Shown here: positions 1 through 9,088 of the stretch, in pieces | How the letters are laid out: each line of letters opens with the position of its first letter | Numbering within the stretch: the first letter of the stretch is position 1 | From: Erysipelotrichaceae bacterium | Lineage (GTDB): Bacteria > Bacillota_I > Bacilli_A > Erysipelotrichales > Coprobacillaceae | Reading direction: 5' to 3' | Assembly (NCBI GenBank): GCA_028698185.1 | Contig: JAQVDW010000006.1 | Coordinates: 30,001-62,000, forward strand | DNA length: 32,000 nt | Program-made: the position numbers and the translations under genes | The notes under the pieces: generated by a model | The model's input: the letters and a program-made list of their open reading frames with translations, nothing else | What the model was told of the DNA's origin: nothing | Database searches by the model: none

Positions 1-135
1 CCCCGCCATGGCAAACAGCCTTGCCATTGGTTCATGGTAATTATTGTTTGGACAATCAGTTTTAAAAGAACAATGCCCAAGACAAGAATGGAACCGCTTC
101 TCTCCAAAACTGAATGAAAACCCTTTCACTATTGA

Positions 136-164
136 TTGAGCAATGATTTGATTTGTGATAAAAT
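136..164 (+). promoter_or_regulatory. putative sigma-A-type promoter for the SDR gene
   Basis: TTGAGC (136-141), 17-nt spacer, TAAAAT (159-164) preceded by TG at 156-157 (extended -10, TGaTAAAAT). AAGGAGG RBS at 212-218 precedes ATG 227. Confidence 0.35.
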
Positions 165-226
165 ACTTGTGAAGATAGATACTTTGAATCATTTGATTTG
201 ACAATTAGATCAAGGAGGTCATTATT

Positions 227-991
227 ATGTATGATTTAACAGGAAAAGCGGTAGTTGTAACCGGAGCCTCATCAGGCATGGGTGAAGAAATCGTCCGTCT
301 GTTTGTGCACCAGGGAGCCAATGTGGTGGCTGCCGCTCGCCGCAAGGAGCGCCTGGATGCGCTGGTTGATTCGCTCAATGACGAACCCGGCAATATTGTC
401 GCCTACACCGGCGATGTTTCCAAGCGTGAAGACGCCGAAGGCATGATCGATGCTGCCATCAGGGCTTATGGCAAGCTGGACCTGCTGATAAACAACGCCG
501 GGGTTATGGATGACATGGCGCCTATAGGCAGTTTCTCTGACGAGAAGTATGAGCAAGTCATGGCGGTTAACTTGTATGGGCCAATGGCAACCATGCGCAA
601 GGCCTGTCAGGTATTTTTACAGCAGGGCAACGGTGGCAATATCATCAACATCTCCTCCATAGGCTCGATGCATCAGGCGGCCGGACCCATCTACTGCGCT
701 TCCAAGGCCGCATTGAACGCCATGTCCAAGAACACCGCCTACATGTATCAAAAGGAAGGGATTCGCTGCAATATGATCGCACCTGGTGGCATAAAAAACA
801 CCGAGATCGGTTCAGGCATGGGTACGCCAAACGTGGAAGGCTATAACAAGCTTCAGGGCGTACTGAAACTAGCTCCCCCTCCTGGTGAACCATCCGATGT
901 TGCCAAAGTCGCACTTTTTTTAGCTAGCGATTTGGCCTCTTATATCAACGGGGCGATCATTCCTGTTGACGGCGGCTGGATTGCCTTCTAA
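227..991 (+). CDS. short-chain dehydrogenase/reductase (classical SDR) family oxidoreductase
   Basis: 254-aa ORF with TGASSGMG cofactor motif (TGxxxGxG), NNAG, and catalytic Ser plus YCASK (YxxxK). Strong RBS. Substrate unknown. Confidence 0.9.
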   Translation: MYDLTGKAVVVTGASSGMGEEIVRLFVHQGANVVAAARRKERLDALVDSLNDEPGNIVAYTGDVSKREDAEGMIDAAIRAYGKLDLLINNAGVMDDMAPIGSFSDEKYEQVMAVNLYGPMATMRKACQVFLQQGNGGNIINISSIGSMHQAAGPIYCASKAALNAMSKNTAYMYQKEGIRCNMIAPGGIKNTEIGSGMGTPNVEGYNKLQGVLKLAPPPGEPSDVAKVALFLASDLASYINGAIIPVDGGWIAF

Positions 992-1113
992 AAGAGTCAT
1001 CAGCAGTCTCTTAATATTGCGGCTTGCATTATTGCCGGATGGAACAGCCCTCATTTTTCAGGGCCTGCAATAGACGTGACGTGGTTGGCTTCTAGGACTT
1101 TGAAGCTTATGTA

Positions 1114-1153
1114 AGATGGCTGGAAATCTTTTGATTTCCAGCCATCTTTATTG
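1114..1153 (+). terminator. rho-independent terminator downstream of the SDR gene
   Basis: Perfect 15-bp stem AGATGGCTGGAAATC / GATTTCCAGCCATCT (1114-1128 / 1133-1147), TTTT loop, followed by TTATTG. Confidence 0.7.
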
Positions 1154-1267
1154 CGTACCGGCAATGGCGGCACCGTTGGTAAACGGCCTTGAAAACCTTG
1201 AACAAACAGATGCTCATGTTTGCCCAATCGCAGGGACGGGGGCGACAAAAAAAGAGCTTTCGCCCTT

Positions 1268-1483
1268 TTATAAGTATAATGCTTCTTCGTTTTTTACCGT
1301 TTGACCATCTTTGAAAGTAGCCACATAGTAAACCGCTGCCATTTCAGGTTTGAAATAAATTTCAAGCGATTCCATTTTAGTTACTTTGTACCCTTGCTCT
1401 TTCAATTCTTCTCTTACTGCTTTTTCAATTTCTTTTACTTCACTGTTTTTCTCGTTGAATTGCACGTTGATTGTTGTTGTCAT
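1268..1483 (-). CDS. small hypothetical protein (71 aa), function unknown
   Basis: ORF preceded by GGAGGG RBS 7 nt upstream of the ATG and by a plausible promoter. Lower GC than its neighbours. I cannot assign a family with confidence. Confidence 0.55.
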   Translation of the reverse strand: MTTTINVQFNEKNSEVKEIEKAVREELKEQGYKVTKMESLEIYFKPEMAAVYYVATFKDGQTVKNEEALYL

Positions 1484-1517
1484 AAATATCCCTCCTAGTA
1501 TTTTAAATCATATAAAA

Positions 1518-1546
1518 AATATAACACAGTTATAAAAAGTATACAA
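1518..1546 (-). promoter_or_regulatory. putative promoter for the 71-aa ORF
   Basis: Minus strand reads TTGTAT (1546-1541), 17 nt, TGtTATATT (extended -10, hexamer 1523-1518). Confidence 0.4.
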
Positions 1547-1867
1547 ATAAATTTAAAAAGTTTCTTTTAAAATTCTTAATTTAGTAAAAAAACACGATGA
1601 ATTCATGTGATTTTTAGAAATTAGCAGCTACATTTTCACCAGTGTTTTAAGAATCATTTTCAATATCAGTGTAGTAATATCTAAGTTTTTTTCATTTTCT
1701 ATATAAATTTTTATAACTCATTTAAACATATATGTAGAATTATATAAGTTTTTTCCAAAAACTTAAAAAACTTTTATAACTTTTTTAAAACTTTATACAA
1801 AAGCCCTCCAAACCTCATCATATCAGGCGATCAAGCCGGACCTTTGGACGGGGAAATCTTTTATTCC

Positions 1868-1904
1868 ACAAAAAAAGATGGCCGCATTTGTTTATGCTTC
1901 CATC
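1868..1904 (-). terminator. rho-independent terminator of typA
   Basis: Minus strand reads GATGGAAGCAT-aaacaa-ATGCGGCCATC (9 of 11 positions paired), followed by a run of 7 T (plus-strand A run 1870-1876). It starts 14 nt after the typA stop. Confidence 0.75.
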
Positions 1905-1918
1905 TCAGTTTTTAAATA

Positions 1919-3736
1919 TTATTGAAATTTTCCGCGGGCATGTTGCTTTCTCAACTGTTCAGTCAAGTAGCGTTTTCTTAGACGGATATTCTCTGGTGTA
2001 ACCTCGACCAATTCGTCATCGTTGATGTAATCAAGACAAGCTTCCAGGTTGTACTGGCGTGGTTTTTTCAATACCACCGTCGAATCTTTTGATGAAGAAC
2101 GGGTATTGGTAAGCTGTTTACCTTTTGTAACGTTGACAACAAGATCATTGTCACGGGAATGTTCACCGATAATCATTCCTTCGTAAACTTCGACACCAGG
2201 TCCGACAAACATAACCCCACGCGATTCAACTGAACCCAGGGCGTATGCTGTAGTTTGGCCGTTGTCGATCGATACAAGGACACCCAATTGGCGCTCACCA
2301 ACCGTCTCACCTTCCATTTGGCGGTATTCCAGGAATGAATGTGAGATAATTCCGTATCCTTTTGTCATCGTCAGGAAGTTTGTCATGAAACCGATCATAC
2401 CACGTGAAGGAATGGTGTAAGTGACCGAAGTGAGCCCTTCATTGGTTGACATGTTTTCCAAAATTCCGCGGCGCAGTCCCAATGATTCGATTACCGAACC
2501 GATGGTCTCATCAGGCGCTTCGATATTTACTTCTTCGTAAGGTTCGCACATCACACCGTCGATTTCCTTGATGATAACCTTAGGTTTTGACACCTGAAGC
2601 TCATACCCTTCACGGCGCATGTTTTCAATCAGGATTGACAAGTGAAGCTCACCGCGGCCTGAAACGATCCATTCTTCGGCATTTTGAATTCTCTCGATTT
2701 TCAATGACACGTCTTTGTTTGTTTCTCTAAAAAGGCGTTCCTCGATCTGGCGGGCAGTTACGAATTTCCCTTCCTTACCGGCAAACGGTGAAGTGTTTGT
2801 CCCGAATACCATCTGGATTGTAGGTTCGTCGATATGCAGCAATGGTAACGCTTCTTCTTTGCCTACAGTACATACAGTTTCACCGACTCCGATATCTTCA
2901 AGACCGGCAATCGCCACGATATCTCCGGCTGAAGCCGATTCGATTTCGATACGGTTGAGTCCCAGGAATCCGTAAAGCTTTTGGATCCGGAATTGGACTT
3001 TGCTGCCGTCGACACGCACGCATGAGACCATGTCATTGACTTTCACAGATCCACGTTGAATACGTCCGATACCGATACGTCCAACGAAGTTATTATAGTC
3101 GAGCAGAGCCGGTTGGAATTGCAGCGGTCCTTCTTCATCAACCATCGGTTCCGGGATTTCGGCCAGGATCAGATCCAGGATAGGATCCATTGATGGCTGT
3201 TGGGTGGTGATGTCGTCCGACATCGAAGATGTCCCTTGAAGCCCCGAAGCGAATACAGTCGGGAATTCGAGCTGGTCGTCATCAGCGCCAAGCTCCATGA
3301 ACAACTCAAGAATTTCGTCCATTACTTCCTTGATGCGGACAACCGGACGGTCAACCTTGTTGACAACGACAATCGGTTTAACCTTGGCAGCCAGGGCTTT
3401 TTTCAAAACGAAACGGGTTTGAGGCATCGTTCCTTCATAAGCGTCAACGACAAGCAACACGCCGTCAACCATGTTCATGATCCGTTCAACTTCCCCACCA
3501 AAGTCGGCATGGCCTGGGGTATCCATGATGTTGATGCGGTTGCCTTTGTAATTGATGGCAGTTGTCTTTGCCAAAATGGTGATACCGCGTTCACGTTCGA
3601 TATCATTCGAGTCCATCGCTCTTTCAGCTACTTGTTCATTATCGCGAAAAGTTCCCGATTGTTTAAGCAACTGATCGACTAAGGTAGTTTTCCCATGATC
3701 GACATGGGCAATGATTGCAATATTTCTAATATTCAT
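1919..3736 (-). CDS. typA: translational GTPase TypA/BipA
   Basis: 605 aa with G-motifs [14 protein letters not shown] and NKVD. EF-G-like domain layout and the typical BipA C-terminus. GAGGAG RBS. Confidence 0.97.
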   Translation of the reverse strand: MNIRNIAIIAHVDHGKTTLVDQLLKQSGTFRDNEQVAERAMDSNDIERERGITILAKTTAINYKGNRINIMDTPGHADFGGEVERIMNMVDGVLLVVDAYEGTMPQTRFVLKKALAAKVKPIVVVNKVDRPVVRIKEVMDEILELFMELGADDDQLEFPTVFASGLQGTSSMSDDITTQQPSMDPILDLILAEIPEPMVDEEGPLQFQPALLDYNNFVGRIGIGRIQRGSVKVNDMVSCVRVDGSKVQFRIQKLYGFLGLNRIEIESASAGDIVAIAGLEDIGVGETVCTVGKEEALPLLHIDEPTIQMVFGTNTSPFAGKEGKFVTARQIEERLFRETNKDVSLKIERIQNAEEWIVSGRGELHLSILIENMRREGYELQVSKPKVIIKEIDGVMCEPYEEVNIEAPDETIGSVIESLGLRRGILENMSTNEGLTSVTYTIPSRGMIGFMTNFLTMTKGYGIISHSFLEYRQMEGETVGERQLGVLVSIDNGQTTAYALGSVESRGVMFVGPGVEVYEGMIIGEHSRDNDLVVNVTKGKQLTNTRSSSKDSTVVLKKPRQYNLEACLDYINDDELVEVTPENIRLRKRYLTEQLRKQHARGKFQ

Positions 3737-3760
3737 AATAATCTCCTCATTAACCTAGTT

Positions 3761-3788
3761 ATTATACCATAATTTTATATCGATACAA
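3761..3788 (-). promoter_or_regulatory. putative typA promoter
   Basis: Minus strand reads TTGTAT (3788-3783), 16 nt, TGgTATAAT (hexamer 3766-3761). Confidence 0.5.
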
Positions 3789-3843
3789 ATAAAAAAACAA
3801 CGATAGGTTCAACTAAATTCGATTTTTTTGATGTAAGCGATAC

Positions 3844-3874
3844 AAAAAAAGATGAGACTGGCTCATCTTTTTTA
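3844..3874 (-). terminator. rho-independent terminator of pfkA-pyk
   Basis: GATGAG-n5-CTCATC stem (3851-3867) flanked by an A run and a T run. It lies immediately after the pyk stop. Confidence 0.8.
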
Positions 3875-5305
3875 TTATAATTCTACAACTTCCAGGAATG
3901 AAGTAGTTCCTTTTACCCCAACAGCACCAGCCACCACGATAATTTTGTCACCAGGTTCGAATCCATCTTCTTTAGAGATCACTTTAGCGTATTCAACTTG
4001 AGCTGAACGGTCATTCATTGCCGGACAAACCATTCCTTTAACACCCCAGTTCAAAGCCAATGTACGAGTGATTTCCTCGTGTGGAGTACATGCCAGGATG
4101 CGGGCTTGTGGACGGTAACGAGACACGCGACGAGCAGTTGAACCTGATTCAGTGTAAACAACGATAGCTTTGATATCGAAACGAGAAGCGATGTCAGATA
4201 CTGACATGCAGATAGCTTCTGAAGTGTTCAATTGGGCTGTCTTTTCAGCGAATCTTTGCAATGTATGGTAATTCAGTTTTTCTTCAGTTTTAACAGCGAT
4301 CTTAGTCATTGTCTTAACTGATTCTTCAGGGTATTTACCTTGAGCTGATTCGCCTGAAAGCATGATTGCGTCAGTTCCGTCATAGATCGCATTGGCAACG
4401 TCAGATACTTCCGCACGAGTAGGACGTGGGTTTTCTTGCATGCTGTCCAACATTTGAGTTGCAGTGATTACAACTTTACCAGCGGCACGACATTTTTGGA
4501 TCAATTCTTTTTGGATTCCAGGAACGTCTTCAGCTGGGATTTCAACACCTAAGTCACCACGGGCAACCATGATACCGTCAGCCACAGCCAGGATTTCATC
4601 CATGTTTTCAACACCTTCGCTGTTTTCGATTTTAGCGATGATTTGGATTTCTGGACGTCCGTTTTCGATCAACAGTTTTTTGACATCCAAAACGTCTTGA
4701 GCACGACGAGTGAATGAAGCCGCGATGAAGTTTACACCTTGTTCGCAACCGAACGTGATATCTCCGCGGTCTTTGTCGCTCAAGTATTCGAAACCTAATT
4801 TGATTCCTGGAACGTTGATTCCACGACGGTTTTTGACAACACCGTCATTTGCGCAGACACATACGATGTCAGTTCCTTCAACGTGGTCAACCAATAATTC
4901 AACTTGACCATCGTTCACCAAGATGAAACCACCAGGTTTTACATCTTTGTATAATTCTTTATAAGTGATTGTGAAACGTTCTGAGGTACCTTCGATATCT
5001 TCAGTAGTGATTACTGAAACTTGACCTTTTTTGAATTCAGTAGCTCCGCCTACGAAAGCTCCGGTACGGATTTCTGGACCTTTGGTATCCAAAAGGATAG
5101 CAACGTTTTTGTTCATTTCTTTTTGTAATTTGTGTAAAGTAACGATACGGCCACCATGTTCTTCAAAATCCCCATGAGAGAAGTTTAGACGCATTACATT
5201 CATGCCAGCCATGATCAGCTTGCGCATCATTTCTTCATTTTCACTTGCAGGTCCGATCGTACAGACAACACGTGTTTTTTTCTTTTGTTCTTGTTTAAAT
5301 TCCAT
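3875..5305 (-). CDS. pyk: pyruvate kinase
   Basis: 476 aa with N-terminus KKTRVVCTIGPAS and the MVARGDLGVEIP active-site region. Short form without a PEP-utilizer C-terminal extension. Strongly biased, highly-expressed-type codon usage. Confidence 0.97.
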   Translation of the reverse strand: MEFKQEQKKKTRVVCTIGPASENEEMMRKLIMAGMNVMRLNFSHGDFEEHGGRIVTLHKLQKEMNKNVAILLDTKGPEIRTGAFVGGATEFKKGQVSVITTEDIEGTSERFTITYKELYKDVKPGGFILVNDGQVELLVDHVEGTDIVCVCANDGVVKNRRGINVPGIKLGFEYLSDKDRGDITFGCEQGVNFIAASFTRRAQDVLDVKKLLIENGRPEIQIIAKIENSEGVENMDEILAVADGIMVARGDLGVEIPAEDVPGIQKELIQKCRAAGKVVITATQMLDSMQENPRPTRAEVSDVANAIYDGTDAIMLSGESAQGKYPEESVKTMTKIAVKTEEKLNYHTLQRFAEKTAQLNTSEAICMSVSDIASRFDIKAIVVYTESGSTARRVSRYRPQARILACTPHEEITRTLALNWGVKGMVCPAMNDRSAQVEYAKVISKEDGFEPGDKIIVVAGAVGVKGTTSFLEVVEL

Positions 5306-5346
5306 TAATTTAGTTTCCTCACCTTATCTAATTAATTCTATATATA

Positions 5347-6306
5347 TTAACGAAGCTTGATTACGTCTTCGTAAATACTAAAATCGATTTCTCTGCTATG
5401 TCCCAATACTTGTTCGATTGGAAGTCCGACCAGTTTACCTTTGACATCAGAGACACAAAGTCCTCCTTCGCCTTGTTCAAGCAATTCAACTGCCAGGATT
5501 CCCATGCGGCTTGCCAATACACGGTCACGACCTGAAGGACGTCCACCACGTTGCATATGCCCCAACACATTGGCGCGAGTCTCAAAACCGGTAGCGGCTT
5601 CGATGTCTTTTGCCAATTGGTTTACATCTGTGATATGTTCAGTGATTACCACAATCGCATGTTTCTTATCCGATCTTTTTGATTGTTTCAATCTTTCGAT
5701 AACCGCTTCTTTGTCAAAACCAATTTCACTAGTGATAATAATTTCCGCTCCACAGGCAATACCTGAATGAACCGCCAAATCGCCACAACGACGTCCCATT
5801 ACTTCAAGGACAGTACATCTTTGATGTGATGAAGAAGTGTCGCGAAGTTTGTCCAAAGCATCAACGATCGTGTTCAACGCTGTATCGAACCCGATAGTGT
5901 AGTCAGTATCCGGAATATCGTTGTCGATTGTCCCTGGAAGACCGATACAGTTAACACCCATTTCAGTAAGTTTCAAAGCACCATTGTAACTACCGTCGCC
6001 ACCGATAACTACCAATGCTTCCATTCCCACTTTTTTCATCTGCTCAATTGCCACTTTACGGATTTCTGGATCCTTAAATTCCGGGAAACGGGCAGATTTC
6101 AAGATAGTACCACCAAGGTTGATGATATTGCGAGTCTCATGAAGAGTGAATTTCATGAAGTCACCTTCATACAGACCTTTGTACCCTTGACGGACACCAT
6201 ATACCTCGATGCCTTTGTTCAAGCAAGTTCTAGCAACAGCTCTTATAGCTGCGTTCATTCCTGGCGCATCGCCACCAGAAGTTAAAACACCAATGCATTT
6301 AACCAT
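5347..6306 (-). CDS. pfkA: ATP-dependent 6-phosphofructokinase
   Basis: 319 aa with [22 protein letters not shown] and MGR motifs. The pfkA-pyk pairing is as in Bacillus. Confidence 0.97.
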   Translation of the reverse strand: MVKCIGVLTSGGDAPGMNAAIRAVARTCLNKGIEVYGVRQGYKGLYEGDFMKFTLHETRNIINLGGTILKSARFPEFKDPEIRKVAIEQMKKVGMEALVVIGGDGSYNGALKLTEMGVNCIGLPGTIDNDIPDTDYTIGFDTALNTIVDALDKLRDTSSSHQRCTVLEVMGRRCGDLAVHSGIACGAEIIITSEIGFDKEAVIERLKQSKRSDKKHAIVVITEHITDVNQLAKDIEAATGFETRANVLGHMQRGGRPSGRDRVLASRMGILAVELLEQGEGGLCVSDVKGKLVGLPIEQVLGHSREIDFSIYEDVIKLR

Positions 6307-6340
6307 CTATAAGCTCCTTTTATCTTTTATAACATGAGTA

Positions 6341-6369
6341 ATTGTAGCATATATTAAAAACTTTTTAAA
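6341..6369 (-). promoter_or_regulatory. putative pfkA-pyk promoter
   Basis: Minus strand has extended -10 TGcTACAAT (hexamer 6346-6341), with a weak -35 TTTAAA 17 nt upstream. Confidence 0.45.
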
Positions 6370-6389
6370 TATAATTTACAACAAAATCC

Positions 6390-6413
6390 AATTAAAATTG
6401 TGATTTTATCACA
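6390..6413 (-). terminator. weak hairpin/terminator after dnaI
   Basis: TGTGAT-aaa-ATCACA (6399-6413), followed on the minus strand by ATTTTAATT. The stem is only 6 bp and AT-rich. Confidence 0.35.
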
Positions 6414-6423
6414 CAAATTTCAA

Positions 6424-7287
6424 TCAGGTATCACAAAGCGCTTTCATTTTTTCAATCAGAGATTTAACCCGATATTCATCACCTGAGCGGATTGTATAGT
6501 ATTTTGCCAGCTGCTTCAAATCATATTCCGACGAGATGTAGGTGACCAGGTCGTTCTGGAGCCGATAGGCGATGATGCTAAAAAGGATTTCATCGCGCGA
6601 CCAGTTGGTCACATACTCGTTGCCGATGTCATCAAGGAAAAGGTATTCGACCGTCTTGATGCTGTTGAGCGAGTCGAGATAGTCGCTTGATGCCATCCGG
6701 CCCTTGAGGTCGATGATGAAATTGGGGAAATTGATAAAGCCGATCTTGTGGTCCAGGGCATACGTCCGGGCAATAGAGCCAAGGACAAGCAGTTTCTCCT
6801 TGGACATGGGCGCCTTGATGAACATCCCCTTTTTTCTTCCCGCATTGATATTCTGGTTGAAGGCGACATATATTTCCTTTAGCTTTTCATTCTGGGAAAG
6901 ATCGATATCCTTGGCCCTGGTCAGGATTATCTTCTTGTCGATATTGCTTACCAGTACGTTTGAAAGGATAGCGTACTGCTGCTGGAGAATCTTGCCAAAA
7001 CGGCATGGCGTGGCGATCAGCTTGACATTGCGGTTCTGGTCGGACTCGATTTGATAGACATACCCCTTTGATGCCTTGGGACATTTATCCAGCCCGGTGC
7101 ACCCGATGCATTGCTTGTGGTCATCGTGATAGTTGATGAACTCGATCCAATTGTTTTCAATGTCGCCGCGGGTGAGCCGGTATTTGCTCAAGGCTTCCTG
7201 GATGATGGTCGTGGCCATAAGCTGGGTGATGTTGTTTTGCTTGATTGTTTCGAGATTATTGATTGCCACTTTGTTTATTTTTTCCAT
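6424..7287 (-). CDS. dnaI: DnaI-type primosomal helicase-loader homologue with a degenerate ATPase P-loop
   Basis: 287 aa. N-terminal Zn-ribbon-like CIGCTGLDKC...TPC. AAA+ Walker B is kept (YLFLDDIGNE). It sits directly downstream of Firmicute dnaB as in B. subtilis. The Walker A position reads KAPMSKEKL instead of GxxGxGKT. Confidence 0.8.
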   Translation of the reverse strand: MEKINKVAINNLETIKQNNITQLMATTIIQEALSKYRLTRGDIENNWIEFINYHDDHKQCIGCTGLDKCPKASKGYVYQIESDQNRNVKLIATPCRFGKILQQQYAILSNVLVSNIDKKIILTRAKDIDLSQNEKLKEIYVAFNQNINAGRKKGMFIKAPMSKEKLLVLGSIARTYALDHKIGFINFPNFIIDLKGRMASSDYLDSLNSIKTVEYLFLDDIGNEYVTNWSRDEILFSIIAYRLQNDLVTYISSEYDLKQLAKYYTIRSGDEYRVKSLIEKMKALCDT

Positions 7288-7298
7288 TTTAGACTCCT

Positions 7299-8522
7299 TT
7301 AATTGAATGAATCGAGAATATCTTCCAGGTCATTTTCATTGACTGATGGCTTGTATTCCTTTTGCGGACTGTCAGTATCGATATTGATGGGTGAAGCGCT
7401 CTGGAAACTGCGGTATTCGCGGGCTTTTTCGATTGCCTGTTCGGCCGTTTCAATCTTGCTTCTCCGCCAGGAAGCGCCATGGGTTTCCATGAACGCCTTG
7501 ACAATCTTGTTGTCACAGACCATCAACGTGAATTCAATCAGGACATTCATAACCTCGACGTTAAGCTGCAGGTTCGTCATGATGGACTCGACCACCTGGA
7601 GGTCCCGCTTGACCGGTTCAACCCCGCCTTGGTGGTCCTGCAATATTTCAAAAGGCGATGCGCTCTTGAGATAGTAAAGGTGCTTGTCCTTGACGTTTCC
7701 CAGCTGCTGGGGCGACACGGGCGCATAGCGGTAGACATTCTCGATGGTCGCCGGTTCGATCAGGTCATAATGATTCCGGGCGAGCTGCGCCATCATTTCG
7801 AGATTGATGGTGTTTGCGGCGATGCTCTGGCGGACAATCGAGAGCATCGTCAACACATCAACCTGGTAGAGGTGGCCTAGCTGGATGATCCGCTCCTTGA
7901 TTTTTGGAGTGATGATCTTGACTGGAATCTGATAGTTGCCAAGCTCCTGTTCAAAGGAAGCGTAGTCCCAGTCAAAGATGCGGTTGCTTGGCTTGTTGAC
8001 GATCGATTTGGCCTGAGCGACAAAACGCTCACCTTGGTTGACGATTTCAAAAACATCGCCGAACCGGGCCGAGACATCCTTATAGCTTTCCTCTTTGATT
8101 ACCGGAATCTTGTAATTGAGTACCGTTTTGGAATAGTCGTCCTCGCCCAGCCGTTCCTTTAACAAGGTGTTCAGGATGCCGTTTTCAAAAAAGCGCAAAG
8201 GTTCCAGAGGCGGATTGATTTCCAACAACCAGCGCTCGTCGCCTTGATACATGTAGGTTGTAACAAGCTTCAATGCTTCGAGCCTTTTCAAGGCGTCATT
8301 GAACGATTTGAGCGACATGCCGGTGATTTTCAAAATCCGGCTGACCAGGGAAGTCGATCTTGTCAGACTCAGCTGCTTGACATCGCTGGCCAGCGTCAGA
8401 TACAGGGAAACCCCCTCATGTCCAATCAGCGGCTGGTAGAGCATGTTGAGCGTTTTGACCTGGATTATTTCCAAGGGATAATTGCACTTGATCCCGTATT
8501 TGCTTGATGCTAGCAGCTCCAT
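7299..8522 (-). CDS. dnaB: replication initiation and membrane attachment protein DnaB (Firmicute DnaB/DnaD-domain family, not the helicase)
   Basis: 407 aa. The N-terminus resembles the DnaB_2/DnaD-like winged-helix region. Position coaE-dnaB-dnaI matches B. subtilis synteny. Start overlaps the coaE stop by 13 nt. Confidence 0.8.
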   Translation of the reverse strand: MELLASSKYGIKCNYPLEIIQVKTLNMLYQPLIGHEGVSLYLTLASDVKQLSLTRSTSLVSRILKITGMSLKSFNDALKRLEALKLVTTYMYQGDERWLLEINPPLEPLRFFENGILNTLLKERLGEDDYSKTVLNYKIPVIKEESYKDVSARFGDVFEIVNQGERFVAQAKSIVNKPSNRIFDWDYASFEQELGNYQIPVKIITPKIKERIIQLGHLYQVDVLTMLSIVRQSIAANTINLEMMAQLARNHYDLIEPATIENVYRYAPVSPQQLGNVKDKHLYYLKSASPFEILQDHQGGVEPVKRDLQVVESIMTNLQLNVEVMNVLIEFTLMVCDNKIVKAFMETHGASWRRSKIETAEQAIEKAREYRSFQSASPINIDTDSPQKEYKPSVNENDLEDILDSFN

Positions 8523-9088
8523 AATTTTCCAATCACCTTCTTCACCTGGACTTTGAGATTTTCAAGATCGCCGTTGTTGTCGACCACATAATCGGCTTTG
8601 GCCGCCTTCTGGCGCAGCGGCATCTGGCTGTTTATTATTTTAAGCGCATAGTCCCGGTCGATGCCGTCGCGTTCGAGCAGGCGGGCGATCTGGTTTTCTG
8701 GAGATATGTCGACCACCAGAACCTTGTCGCACAGATACTCAAGATGGCTTTCATAAAGCAGCGGGATATCGAGAAAGACGAGCTTCTCATCCTTATTTTT
8801 TGCGATGAAATCCCTCATTTTTTCGATCACATAAGGATGGATAATCGCCTCGAGTTTCGCCTTGGCCTCCATGTTCGAAAAAACGATGGCGCCCAGTTTC
8901 TTGCGGTTTATCTTGCCGCCTTCCAGGCAGTCGAATGCCCCGGTAACCAGCTTGAATATCTCGGGATCGTCAAGGGCCTCACGGGCCAGGATGTCGGCGT
9001 CGATTAGCGGATGGCCCAGCTCCTTGATAATTCTGGCGACTGTCGACTTGCCTGAGGCAATCCCCCCGGTAAGGCCGACCGCTAACAT
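8510..9088 (-). CDS. coaE: dephospho-CoA kinase
   Basis: 192 aa with P-loop GLTGGIASGKST at the N-terminus. Typical length and typical position downstream of mutM. Confidence 0.93.
   Translation of the reverse strand: MLAVGLTGGIASGKSTVARIIKELGHPLIDADILAREALDDPEIFKLVTGAFDCLEGGKINRKKLGAIVFSNMEAKAKLEAIIHPYVIEKMRDFIAKNKDEKLVFLDIPLLYESHLEYLCDKVLVVDISPENQIARLLERDGIDRDYALKIINSQMPLRQKAAKADYVVDNNGDLENLKVQVKKVIGKLWSC

Noticed and set aside
1-60. Hairpin CCATGGCAA-n6-TTGCCAT(T)GG at the window edge, considered as the terminator of an upstream gene.
   Set aside because: It is truncated by the window boundary, has no clear U-tract, and the upstream gene is not visible, so it cannot be supported.
1116-1304. 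A 62-aa plus-strand ORF downstream of the SDR gene.
   Set aside because: It starts inside the 15-bp terminator stem, has no RBS, and overlaps the 3' end of the better-supported minus-strand 71-aa ORF.
1861-1870. TTATTCCACA, which resembles a DnaA box (TTATCCACA), next to an AT-rich region. I considered whether this is a replication origin.
   Set aside because: It is a single imperfect copy (an insertion or two mismatches) with no cluster of boxes and no dnaA or dnaN nearby. It is also part of the typA terminator flank.
3954-3964. GGTTCGAATCC, a perfect tRNA T-loop-like motif on the plus strand.
   Set aside because: It lies inside the pyk CDS. The flanks (ACCAGG / ATCTTC beyond the motif) cannot form a T-stem, and no acceptor or anticodon arms are present.
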